DNA from: Spirogloea muscicola
Lineage: Eukaryota
Direction of reading: 5' to 3'
Assembly (NCBI GenBank): GCA_009602725.1
Contig: WELB01000011.1
Span: 1,039,146-1,059,145 of the forward strand
DNA: 20,000 nucleotides
Positions 1-9,639 of the stretch are shown here, piece after piece. The notes beneath the pieces were generated by a model, which was given only the letters and a program-made list of their open reading frames with translations, had not been told where the DNA came from and did no database searches. Numbering within the stretch: position 1 is the first letter of the stretch; each line of letters opens with the position of its first letter. A program made the translations under genes and the position numbers.

Positions 1-100
1 ATGCATGCTTGCATTCCCTTGTACTGCAGCATTGAGTCAATGTCTGTAGCTTAGCACCCTGCCGATGCCGTATGACCTCCCACTTTGCATCCTGGTGCAG

Positions 101-265
101 TCAATTGCCACTTCTGCAAAGGACAAGCCCAGCAAATTGCACCGCAGGAAACATCAGATTACATCACTGTATTTTGACATGCGTCAGAAGGAAATGGAGG
201 TCGCTGAGCAAAGGGCCAGAGGTCACATGACCAAGGCCCAAACGCATGCCAAATATGGCTGGTGA
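101..265 (+). CDS. PRCC: Terminal exon of a PRCC-family protein (proline-rich mitotic checkpoint regulator / spliceosome-associated); upstream exons lie outside the window
   Basis: Acceptor tggtgcag|TCA at 100/101. The exon reads SIATSAKDKPSKLHRRKHQITSLYFDMRQKEMEVAEQRARGHMTKAQTHAKYGW*, matching the PRCC C-terminal signature RKHQI..L...KYG[WF]*. Confidence 0.85.
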   Translation, partial: SIATSAKDKPSKLHRRKHQITSLYFDMRQKEMEVAEQRARGHMTKAQTHAKYGW

Positions 266-375
266 TTGCAGTATTTCTGCTGCACCTTTTTAGTGCATGC
301 ATCATCTCAAGCTCAGCCTCCTCTGTCTCCCTTTGCTAGCTTCTGGGGGCACGTGACTGGTCCAGAGATGGGCTA

Positions 376-2107
376 TTAATCAAGACAAGATCTAAATTTT
401 TCTTGCGCTGCATTGAAGACGACCTGAAAAATAGCGAGACAGAAGCTCGTAAAGGCTGTGAACTGAGTTGTGTAAACATCTTGTGAGAGCAATTTTAAGA
501 CAGTGTGTGTAGTAAGAGAGGTCAGCTGCACTAGCTGTCACTAGATGTACTTGGAGATGATTCCATGGACATATAAACGACGAAGCAGTTGTGCTGCTAA
601 ACAAGTACCTTCAGAGGAACATGATATTTCCTAGCCAATTTTGCACAGTCCTCATACTCGGGATGGGCAGTCATCTGCACAGGAGTGATTTCTCTTAGAG
701 ACCAGTCATGCTTGCCAAGCACCTGTGCTAGAAGTCATATGGATGGGCCAGTGTCTATCAGGCATTACATAATGGATAGGTATTTGGCACCAGCTTGCCA
801 CCAAGTGATGCAGCTTTCACGGAAACTGGTCCCCACTCTGTGTTGACAGCTACCATTGACCTTTGCAGGCTCACTCGTTCGCACTGATTGATGCGTACAC
901 CAAGGCTAGTGGTCTCCTGCTCAAATGCATGCTGCTGAACGTTAGGCTCTGCACAAAAGTCACTGCATCAGCTAACAGCTGAGGCAAGGCTATTTGGACT
1001 TGCCTGCAGGATGATCTGCAGAAGATCATCAACCTGGCCTTTCCTACACAAAACGTTTAGTATCATTCCAGGTCGTCCTTTCTTCATCAAAGCCTGATTC
1101 ATGGAAAATCTCAAATTGATCAATGCAACGGAACATGCTAATTAAACTCCTATCGACTTCTCCTCAGCAATGTGACTCTGTGAGAGTGAGCAGGGCATTT
1201 TGCTTGCTGCATTGATTGCTATTGGTCGAGCTGCAGTCACGTCCTCAAGTTGCCGTTGCTTGAAAGTCGGTGTCATCCACAATTGCATCTCACCTGTACA
1301 ATCCATGCATCCAAGGCCCCAGCTGCAAGAAGCTGCTCCGTGGTGTATGCCATCTACACCTCCACAGACGAGCTTTGGTGAGTAGCATCAGAGAGTCATA
1401 ATTGCTGCACATGATGATGCTCCAGTGCACTGGACGAAGTATGTCACGAAGTATGTCAATTTTAAGTTTGCGCTCTGCTTGATCAATCTCATCGACAGCA
1501 AGTATGACTAACATAATGGCCTACCTACCAGTTGAGGCGACATGTCGTCTACATTTGTCTCCAGGGTCACAAGGTGCTCCCTCACGACTCCGTCCCCCCG
1601 GTGGTCCTCCTGCACGAGCCAATCTGACCCCATGCACAAATGAGACATCAGCATGCGCGCCACGGATGCATGCAAAGTCGCTTGTGAAGACAAGACGACA
1701 AAGCTGTAACCTCTAGGCAAGGTACTAAGCCAGTGCCGCAGAGATGTATCTCACAGTAGACATACCATAGCTTATACTCGCCCTTCTGCTTTCGCCGGCA
1801 GCCAAGGCTTGATCAAGCTGGGGAGGTGCCCTACCTCGGCTGCATGCTTGGACGCTCTTGCGTTGACCGTGCAGTCTCCATTTTTAAGGATCCTTGACGT
1901 CCGGCAATCCGAAGAGCGATATCCAGAGCCAGAAGCTGACCGCAGTCGCCGCCAGCCAGTTGCAGTCCCTCTCAAACAGTACCGCCGGCTCAAACGGTAC
2001 CGCATGGAGCTGGTTTCGGCTGCAGCTCTTAGCGGCCCGACTGGCAGGCGTTTGGCGCAGCCAAGAACGGCGAGCTCCGCGGGCGATGCGACGGAGGTAG
2101 CCGCCAT
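376..2107 (-). CDS. larC: LarC C-terminal domain (LarC2-like, nickel-pincer nucleotide cofactor nickel insertase family) protein with a transit-peptide-like N-terminus; 7 exons, 247 aa
   Basis: Exons 2107-1835, 1609-1529, 1353-1294, 1093-1004, 916-791, 674-609 and 423-376 splice in frame. After exon 1 they read EDHRGDGVVREHLVTLETNVDDMSPQL|MAYTTEQLLAAGALDAWIVQ|ALMKKGRPGMILNVLCRKGQVDDLLQIILQ|ETTSLGVRINQCERVSLQRSMVAVNTEWGPVSVKAASLGGKL|MTAHPEYEDCAKLARKYHVPLK|VVFNAAQEKFRSCLD*. The LarC motifs ETNxDD, GALD, MKKGRPG, ETTxLGVR, TxxGxVxVK and PEYEDC occur in order. Exon 1 (91 aa) is rich in Ala/Ser/Arg and poor in acidic residues. Confidence 0.88.
917..1003 (-). other. GC-AG intron (intron 4 of the LarC2-like gene)
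   Basis: Donor CAG|GCAAGT and acceptor ttgagcag|GAG. The splice joins IILQ to ETTSLGVR in frame, as the LarC motif order requires. Confidence 0.75.
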
Positions 2108-2203
2108 GATCGGGGCCCAGCCTCTGGAGGCAGCCCTCCGCCTGCTGGCCTGCGGGCTGCGACGAGGTGATGGAGAGCGGCGTCTCGGCGGGGCTGTCTT
2201 GAG

Positions 2204-2436
2204 TCTCTGACCTGAGGCTGCTTAGCAGGAAGAGAAAGTGCTCGCCCATTGAGATTAGGGGCTGGAAAAGCCAGCCCAAAAAAATCAACAAGGGGGTTAC
2301 TGAGTGATCCGTAGCTGCTTTGTTTCTTTGTGTGCTTGTTTTTCTTAGCGCTTCCCCTGGCCCCCTTCTCGTCTTTTGTTGATTCTTATATGGGCTGGCT
2401 TTTCCAGCCCCTATTCTCAATGGGCGAGCACTTTCT
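2204..2436 (+). mobile_element. 3'-terminal fragment of a CRE-like retrotransposon (family B), interrupted by an inverted copy of its own terminus
   Basis: TCTGACCTGAGGCTGCTTAGCAGG...GGTTACTGAG encodes SDLRLLSRGY*, as at 9943-9976. Bases 2295-2436 are the reverse complement of about 19069-19206. Arms 2233-2291 and 2376-2436 are inverted repeats. Confidence 0.7.
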
Positions 2437-2570
2437 TTGTCGGGGAGCAGTCTCAGGGACCAGGCCCGCAGAAGCCACGTAGATTACTTTCGTGCACTTA
2501 GCGCCAGTCTTCATACCCCAATCCTCAATGGGCGAGCCCTTCTTCTTATACAGTTGTTTGGGGACGAGAA

Positions 2571-2673
2571 CAGTGACGAGACGAGATGAGAGACGACGAG
2601 CGGGGCAACGTCCGGCTTGGTGGCTGCGACGAGAGGAGACGAGACGAGCGGGGGCACGTCCCGCTTGGTGGCT
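2571..2673. repeat. GACGA-rich tract with a 48-bp-period tandem duplication upstream of the aldolase ATG
   Basis: GACGAGCGGGGCAACGTCCGGCTTGGTGGCT (2595-2625) versus GACGAGCGGGGGCACGTCCCGCTTGGTGGCT (2643-2673). Confidence 0.75.
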
Positions 2674-2771
2674 CTGCCTTACTGTTCGACTGACTGCCCG
2701 GCAACGTGCTATTTGGACAACACCGCGGGCCGGCTCGGGTTTCGGCTGGCGGCGCGCCCCTCCCGACCGCC

Positions 2772-5451
2772 ATGGCTGGCCTCGCCAGTGCGACCAGGCT
2801 GCAGGTAAGGCAGCCATCGAGCCACCCCGTCGGCAACAGCGAGAGTCAACTCGGCTCCGCTGCTCGCTATGCAGCTTGACGATGTGTCAGGCGGAGCTCT
2901 CTGCCCTCTGACGGGCCTTCTTAAAAGGCCACGCGCACTGCATTCTGACGAGACCTTGTGTGGCAAAGACCGCAAGCATGCCATCAAGCCCCACACTCAC
3001 ACTCACGTAAGCTAAGCTGCAGAGCGCAGCTACTGACACTGGGAGGTGGCTTGCCCGGCCGACGCAGGATGTTGTGTCCAACGCAAGGAGGCTTGCCACC
3101 CCCGGCAAAGGCATATTGGCCAGTGACGAAACCACTGGCACGGTTGGCAAGCGGCTCAAGTCTGTAGGGCTGGAGAACACTGAAGAGAACCGTCGGGCAT
3201 ATCGAGAGGTCAAAGGTCCTCAGCGCCTTAGTAGTTAGCATTCATACTCACTAACTGTGAGTGCAGAGTCAGGCATTCACCTGCCGCAGCGTGACATCCG
3301 TTAATATTTCTGTACTTGCCTATGAGGACTTTCCTTCCTGCTACTGAGGCTCCAGTTTTATTGCTCACTTCACACAGACACTTATGTCCAGGCTAAATAG
3401 GGCTCATGCCTACTGCAGGTTCTGTACACTACTCCAGGCATAGGTGCATACCTCAATGGTGTTATTATCTTCACAGAGACCTTGCTCCAGTCTACTAAGG
3501 CGGGGATCCCCTTTCCAGATGTGCTTCAAGGCCAGGGTATACTTGTCGGCGTCAAGGTGGACTTGGTGAGGCTCCGGTATGCTCACAAGCTCCCTTGTAA
3601 TCGTGACGTACTTTGTTCTTTCTGTCCTGACATGCTCTGAGGCAATAGCTGTCTTTTCTCAAGGCGCAGCTCCATGCCTTGTCAGGCCTCTGCTGGATAG
3701 GAGCTGAACTGTCTCAACGTCGCCAGGGTCTGGTGGCAATTGCAGGTACTGAGGGGGAAACAGTGAGCCAAGGTCTTGACGGCTTGAGCACGAGGTGCCA
3801 GCAATACTACAACAAGGTCCACTATTCCTGAGCTACAGTCCTCTCACATTGGCAAAAGGCGTGCGTCTGAGGATAGAGTTCCTTCTGTCCTACAAGGTCA
3901 TGCTTACATAGTAGCTGCCTCTTCTGACAAAAAGCTAAATCCTGCAAGTGCAGGGTGCAAGATTTGCAAAATGGAGAGAGGTTATTGCCATCAAAGAGCA
4001 CTGCCCTTCCAAGCTTGCTCTCAAGCTTGCATCCAGTGCACTTGTCCGCTATGCTTCCATTTGCCAGCAGGAGGGACTGGTCCCCATTGTGAGTAGCTAA
4101 TTCTCATGCCTGGAAATGTCCTGCTGCTTGTTGCTGAACGTACACTTGTGGCATTGCCTGCTTGAATGATTCTAATGTGGAGCCTTGAAACAAACAGGGC
4201 ACAAGGTTTGCAATGCTGACATTTGCCGTGAAGGTTGTGGTTGGCTTGGATGACACCAATCATGGCCCACACCTAGGTCGAGGTAAGCCTTCTAGCACTT
4301 CTTGTTGCCAGTTGTACTTATGGTGTAGTGGTTTTGAAAGTCTTGACTCATGCAAGATCCTCTTGACCACTTTGTTGCAGCCGGAGATACTCATCGACGG
4401 CACTCATTCAGCTGAAAAGAGCGCGGAGGTTGCAGAACTTGTGCTCGCAGAAGTGTTCTCTGCACTTTCGTGTCATCATGTCTGCCTTGAAGGCATCCTC
4501 TTGAAGGTACTGCAATTAGCTACTGCAGTACACCTTCTAGATTTGCTGGTTGACAAGTCAACAGCAGCAGAACTCTCTGGAAGCATTGTGGCACTCTATG
4601 ACTTGACTCTGACACCACTCCGTACGTGATGAGCAGCCCCAGATGGTGCTACCAGGCTTTGACAGTGACAAGAAAGCCACACGAGAAGAGTGCGCTCAGC
4701 TCACAATAAGGACTTTACAGCGCGGCCTGCCAGTTGCTGTTCCTGGGATCATGTTCTTGTCTGGTGGTCTGTCTGAGGAGGTCAGTGGAGTGGCTCGTAT
4801 ATCATCTCCCAATTGTGGTACAAGCATCTGCATCCACTCGCGTTTGAGCCTGCATAGTCTCTGTTAAGTCCATAGTGGTTGATTTGAAGTGACTCTTTGC
4901 CAACTCTGCTTGCCCTTTGCAACAGGAGGCCACGGAGCAGCTGAATGAGCTCAACGTCATCAAGAAATTAATTAGTGACAAAGTGCCCTGGACTCTATCC
5001 TTTTCGTTTGGCAGGGCACTACAGGTTTGTATGCCAACAAGCTGAGACTGGCTTAAGTAGCGCTGGGCTTTTGAATTGAGACTGGCTTAAGTTGCAGTGG
5101 GCTTTTGAATCGAGATAGTTTGCAGAGGTATTTGCTATGCATTACCTGCAAAAGGGCTGCTATTTTATGCTCAACTTGATGCATGCACATCCTCTTCTCT
5201 TGGCACCCTTCAGAAGTGCTGACAGTGAAATTATTGCAATCCGTCTTGTGTAGGCCAGCATCTTAAGAATCTGGGCTGGGGATGCGAGCCAGGTGGAAGC
5301 AGCCCAAGCCATGGCAGGGGCACTGGCCAGGGTGAATGCAATGGCGACGCTTGGCAATTACGTAGGACCTCACCCATCAAAGTTGACGGGAGACCTTCGG
5401 GAGAGCTTCCGGGGATGGCGAAGTGTTACAGAAGTGGCAGACAGCAAGTAA
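2772..5451 (+). CDS. FBA: Class I fructose-bisphosphate aldolase; 11 exons, 416 aa (first two exons less certain)
   Basis: Exons 2772-2804, 2875-3006, 3068-3208, 3419-3565, 3727-3816, 3954-4088, 4277-4282, 4381-4506, 4637-4780, 4926-5024 and 5254-5451, all GT-AG. Motifs: [69 protein letters not shown] (Schiff-base Lys), [24 protein letters not shown]. Confidence 0.95.
4277..4282 (+). other. 6-nt microexon (GTC GAG = Val-Glu) of the aldolase gene
   Basis: acctag|GTCGAG|gtaagc. It supplies exactly the VE missing between GLVPI (exon ends 4088) and PEILIDG (exon starts 4381). Confidence 0.85.
5044..5115. repeat. 34-bp tandem duplication in the last aldolase intron
   Basis: GAGACTGGCTTAAGTAGCGCTGGGCTTTTGAATT followed by GAGACTGGCTTAAGTTGCAGTGGGCTTTTGAATC. 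Confidence 0.8.
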
Positions 5452-5945
5452 TGTGGAATCTGTCACCATTGCTTTGCTACTGTTGGGCTCCAAGACAGCA
5501 ATCTGACACTTTTCATCAGCTGCTTCACGCCATCTTGTGGGTGTCGTCATGAAGAAACCAAAGCCACAGGCTCTCACATACTCGAAAGCTGCTGCCTCAT
5601 CATCTGACGGCTGACTAGCAGCATAGATGACCAGCCAAAGCACGAGATACCATACCACATGTGTTGTGCTGGCAGACAGTTCTGCAGTTCATGCAGCAAC
5701 TCAAAGGAGCCGATTTTGGGGACAGGGCCTAGTAACCCACTAGCACATATCTGCTTCCCCTGCAATCCCCTTCCTAAGGACATATTCAATCGTCACCAAC
5801 AGATTACACAGAGAGCTTGCAAGAAGTCGCTGTGCGTCACCGCACAATCAGGCGATGATACTGCAGACAGCTCAAGCAGATGCAAGTGGAGGAGTGCTGG
5901 TGTGAGCACGCTGCAAAGGTGGAAGAGGGCCCAAGTTTGCCTCCC

Positions 5946-8752
5946 TCAGCTGTCGCTCATGAGGTCGTCAAGGCTAAACTCCTCTTCTGCAGGTGGCTGC
6001 CCGTCCTTGCCGTCCCACGGCTCCGTCTCTTCGACGGGCGGAACAACCTCCACAGACTCGGAGCCGCGCCCTCCCAGCCCAGCCTGCTGCACAAAGTCGC
6101 TGAACACGTGGACACGTGGACACAGAGATGTCTCTGCATCAGCGAAGACTGTCATGACCATGGCCAAAGTTGACTATTTGTGTAAGGCAAACAAGAAGAC
6201 TTGTTATGGAGCCTCCCTCTGCATCCTGACAAAGACATTGCACTTATATCTGAATGAAAAGTCTTGCTGTTATTGAGGCTGTCAATCTGGCAAGTGGACC
6301 CTTCAGAATTGCAGTAGTCAAAAGCAATGTGGTTGTGTCGGGCGAGGCTTATACTCACATAATCGGCTGCTTGTCAAAATAACCCTTGAAGGGGACAATA
6401 AGCTGCTTCTTGACGCTTAGCGCCACGAGCGCAGGGTACCCGTAACCGCCCACGCCCACGGCCTTCTCAAGTGCCGCCTGCTTGCTGGCTTCAGCCCACA
6501 CATAGCTGCTTGGCCGCCCCACCCAGTCTACTGGTCAGGCCAGCTTGATGGAGTGCACAATTTCCAGCATAAAGATGTGCAAGGTGGTTAAGCTGGACGT
6601 TGGCAGAACCATATGAGAAAGTCTAAGACAAGGAGACTGCACCTGTACGCACTCTTCTTGAAGTGCTCACTGACTTCCTTGAGGATACCAAGGTATTTGT
6701 TGCGCCCCTCAGCTCCAGTGTCCAGGATGTTTGGGAGGAAAGCCAGGAAGCAGATGGTGGACTTTGCACAATACTGGTCCAAGACATTCTGAAGGCACAT
6801 GCCGATAAGCACTGTAAGTCAACCACTGAGACCAACTGGGCTGCCAGCACAACTAGCATAGTCTGTTGAGTGACGTCAACCTCTGCTGCACAGATGTAGT
6901 GCTTTACTCGTCATTTCAGCTCACCTGATTGCTGAGCTCCAGCACCTCAGGAGCAACTGCGTTCGCTTCTAAGTGGTCCTGAGCAAAGCTCTCAATTGCT
7001 GATGCAGATCTTGGACCTTCATAAGGAACAGGGCTCTCCTTGTCGGCGCCAAAGACCAGGATGGTGGGAAAGCCCTTGATACCATACTTCCTTGCTAAAG
7101 TCTGCAAACATCAATCCAATTTGTGCAACCAAAAACAGTGAGAAACTTGCAGACATGCACTTTGCAGACTGCCACCAGCGTGCAGTCTTGACGAGTGTAC
7201 TGATCGCCATGCGGTCCAACGTCCAAGTCAGCTGATGCTGTCTATCCTGGTCAGATGCAAGTGAGAAGTACTAGCCGTCTCTGAGGTGCTAATGCCCTGA
7301 CAGTCATACGGCTGACAAAGAGAAAATGCATCATACTTCTTCCACAGTACAGTCCACCTCCCCCAGCTTGACTTGCCCCTGCAGGGACTTGGCGGCACGC
7401 TTCCATTCTGGCGCAAGTTTCTTGCAGTGCCCACACCTGTCAAACGCCTGCAGTTTTTTGTCACCTTCAACAAGTTCAATGTGCAGGTGGCCACTCAAAG
7501 TAGGCCGAGCTGAGTCCATGGTCGAAGTCAGATAAATGTGGCCCTTAGCGTCTGATTGCATGCGGCTCGAGATCAGGGGAGGAGAGCGTAAGCAGCCATA
7601 CCATGGAGCAAAGAACTCCACCAGCCAGAGATCGGTGCTCTTCAATACTTGCTCCTCGAAGTTGCTGCTCGTAAGAGTCACAGACCCACTCTTCTCACCT
7701 GAGCTGCTGCCGCCCTTCCCACTGCCTCCCGTGGCCTTCCCGGACAGTCTTGCCTGTACAAGGCTCTTCACCTGCACCAGATACCCAAAGAAGCGTAAGA
7801 GCAGTGACGTCAAGAGTCACTAAGCCAACACATGTCTCATTAAAGCTCACACTGTGCAATGCAAAGTCATTGTCCAAAGCTGATGTCAAAAAAGGTTGTC
7901 AAACCCCTGTCCTCTCTGACTTGAAAATCGCACCAAAACCTGGGTCAACTGTGATATGACTTTGAGCAGCCTCTAGCTCCTACCTGGCTGAGCGCAAAGT
8001 CAACAATGGCTTTGGCATCTCTGGGCCCCTGGTAGTCGCTCAGGCCCTTCTTGCCCGGGCTGAAATATTTGATGGTCGGAAAGCCCTGGATGCCATGGTC
8101 CTGCCATGGGCGTACACTCGAAAGCAAAAATCAAAAGTCACATCTGAAATTCACAAGCACAAAATGGTATTGCTGGTGGAGCTCTCTCTCTGACCAGCAG
8201 ATTTGATCACAGAAATTGGTCTGAATCTGGGGTTTTGCCGACGCGCAGCAGACACGACGGCGGCGCTCACGAAGACGCGAGATAGTGCCCAATCACCTGT
8301 GCCAGGGACTGGTGGGCGTCGCAATCCGCGGCGGCGACAGTGGCAACGCCCTTGAGGGCCTTGGCGGCCTGCTCCCAGGCGGGCGCCAGGTTCTTGCAGT
8401 GCCCGCACCACGGCGCGAAGAACTCCACCAACACCACCTTATTGCTTTCTAGCACCTATTGGTAAGGCAGCGACGGGCGTCTCAGGCGGCTGTGCTGCTC
8501 AGGCCATGAGCGTTGCAGCGGCTGGAGCTCGCTGGCAGTGAAGAAGCGGTCAGCTCGCCCGACACCGTTGTCCAGGCAATGGGGATTGCGCAGGATAGAC
8601 CGTCGCACCTTGGCGATGAAGTTGGCGGGCGAGAGCTGCAGCACCGCCGAGTCCGGGCCGTAAAGCGCCAGCGCCGGGCCAGCGAGCGCCGCCAGGAGGA
8701 CGACCGCAGCCAGCCATCGGCTGGCGGCGACGGCGGCCGCCGCCGCCGCCAT
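5946..8752 (-). CDS. PDIA6: Protein disulfide isomerase, PDIA6/P5 (plant PDIL2-2/2-3) type, a-a'-b architecture; 9 exons, 437 aa
   Basis: Exons 8752-8609, 8455-8297, 8100-7984, 7771-7602, 7436-7337, 7101-6925, 6788-6643, 6505-6359 and 6099-5946. It has a signal peptide ([20 protein letters not shown]), two [12 protein letters not shown] thioredoxin sites, GFPTI motifs, a Gly/Ser linker, [24 protein letters not shown] and C-terminal EPWDGKDG...[13 protein letters not shown]. Confidence 0.95.
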
Positions 8753-9334
8753 GTCCGACTATGCGCCCGCACTAGCTGGCGGGTCGCCGCCTCCGAGGCT
8801 GGCACGCAGTCGGCTGGCCCGCAGGTCGCGGCTGACGGCTCGGCGAGCTGATTCGCTCCAGGTCGAGCGCCTTGGCCCGAATGCGGCGAAGCCGGAGAGC
8901 AACCAGCGGCACGGCGGCGGCTTTGGCGGCGGCGGTGGTGGCGGGCGCTCGCAGGCCCCGGGATTGGCGGCGTGACTGGCGGTGCCGAACGGGGGAAACG
9001 GGGTATCTATCCGCGACGCCGAGACGGCGACTCGGTTCAACGGAGAAGCCGCTTTCTGCCCACTCAGCCAACTGTGGTTGAGAGACGGCGGAGGCCGAAC
9101 CAACGGCCACTCGCAATGGTGGTGACTGATGGAACAAGGTCCAACAGAAGAGAAAGTGGCTTTCCCCCAACAACAAAGCCTCGTTAGCAGCCACAAGCTG
9201 CTAACCCAAGAGGAAGAAGGCGCGTCCAATCTTGAGAGGAAGCGCGGCCGGTTTGACTGGTGGCTGGGAGAGCAGTGGCCGTGAGAGGCCCAGCCAAAAG
9301 AGAGGAAATGCTTGCATTCCCCACTACAGAGGCG

Positions 9335-9405
9335 AAAAAGCTCGCCCTTAGAAGATAGGGGCTAGCAGAAGCCAGCCAAAAAAGAATGGGAAAAAACAGA
9401 GCCCC
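9335..9405 (-). mobile_element. Isolated 3' terminus of a family-B retrotransposon fragment
   Basis: The reverse complement reads GGCTGGCTTCTGCTAGCCCCTATCTTCTAAGGGCGAGCTTTTTC, homologous to the terminus at 2392-2436. Confidence 0.6.
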
Positions 9406-9639
9406 CCACCACGTCACTGGGCGGCCGTGATTGGTCACTGTTCGGAGGCAGCGGCGTTGATCGACCGTAGCCGTGGCACGATCGCTGCCGTCGGCGAGGC
9501 CGTGCCCCCATACCAACATGCAGTCGGAGCGGCTTTACTGTCTGGTGTTCTGATTCACTTGTGGGGACTAGAGTCTTCTATTGTATTTTCCGATTTGTTA
9601 CCTTTGCTCCTGTTTCAACTTTGACGTCCTCTTACATAC

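Noticed and set aside
2233..2285. Antisense reading of the terminal motif as an HDV-like ribozyme core (3-bp stem, 7-nt CC-containing loop, GG, hairpin, C-A-rich joiner)
   Set aside because: No conserved P1 or P2 partner strands are present across copies and the spacing is too short. I kept it only as an unassigned structured motif.
2571..2673. Repeat-spacer-like pattern considered as a CRISPR array
   Set aside because: There are only two imperfect units, in a eukaryotic context with no cas genes. It is a simple tandem duplication.
5659..6276. 205-aa plus-strand ORF
   Set aside because: It is antisense to the last PDI exon and its 3' UTR and has no recognisable motifs.
8751..9229. Overlapping ORFs upstream of PDI
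   Set aside because: These are GC-rich promoter/UTR sequence with GGC repeats, where stop codons are rare by composition.
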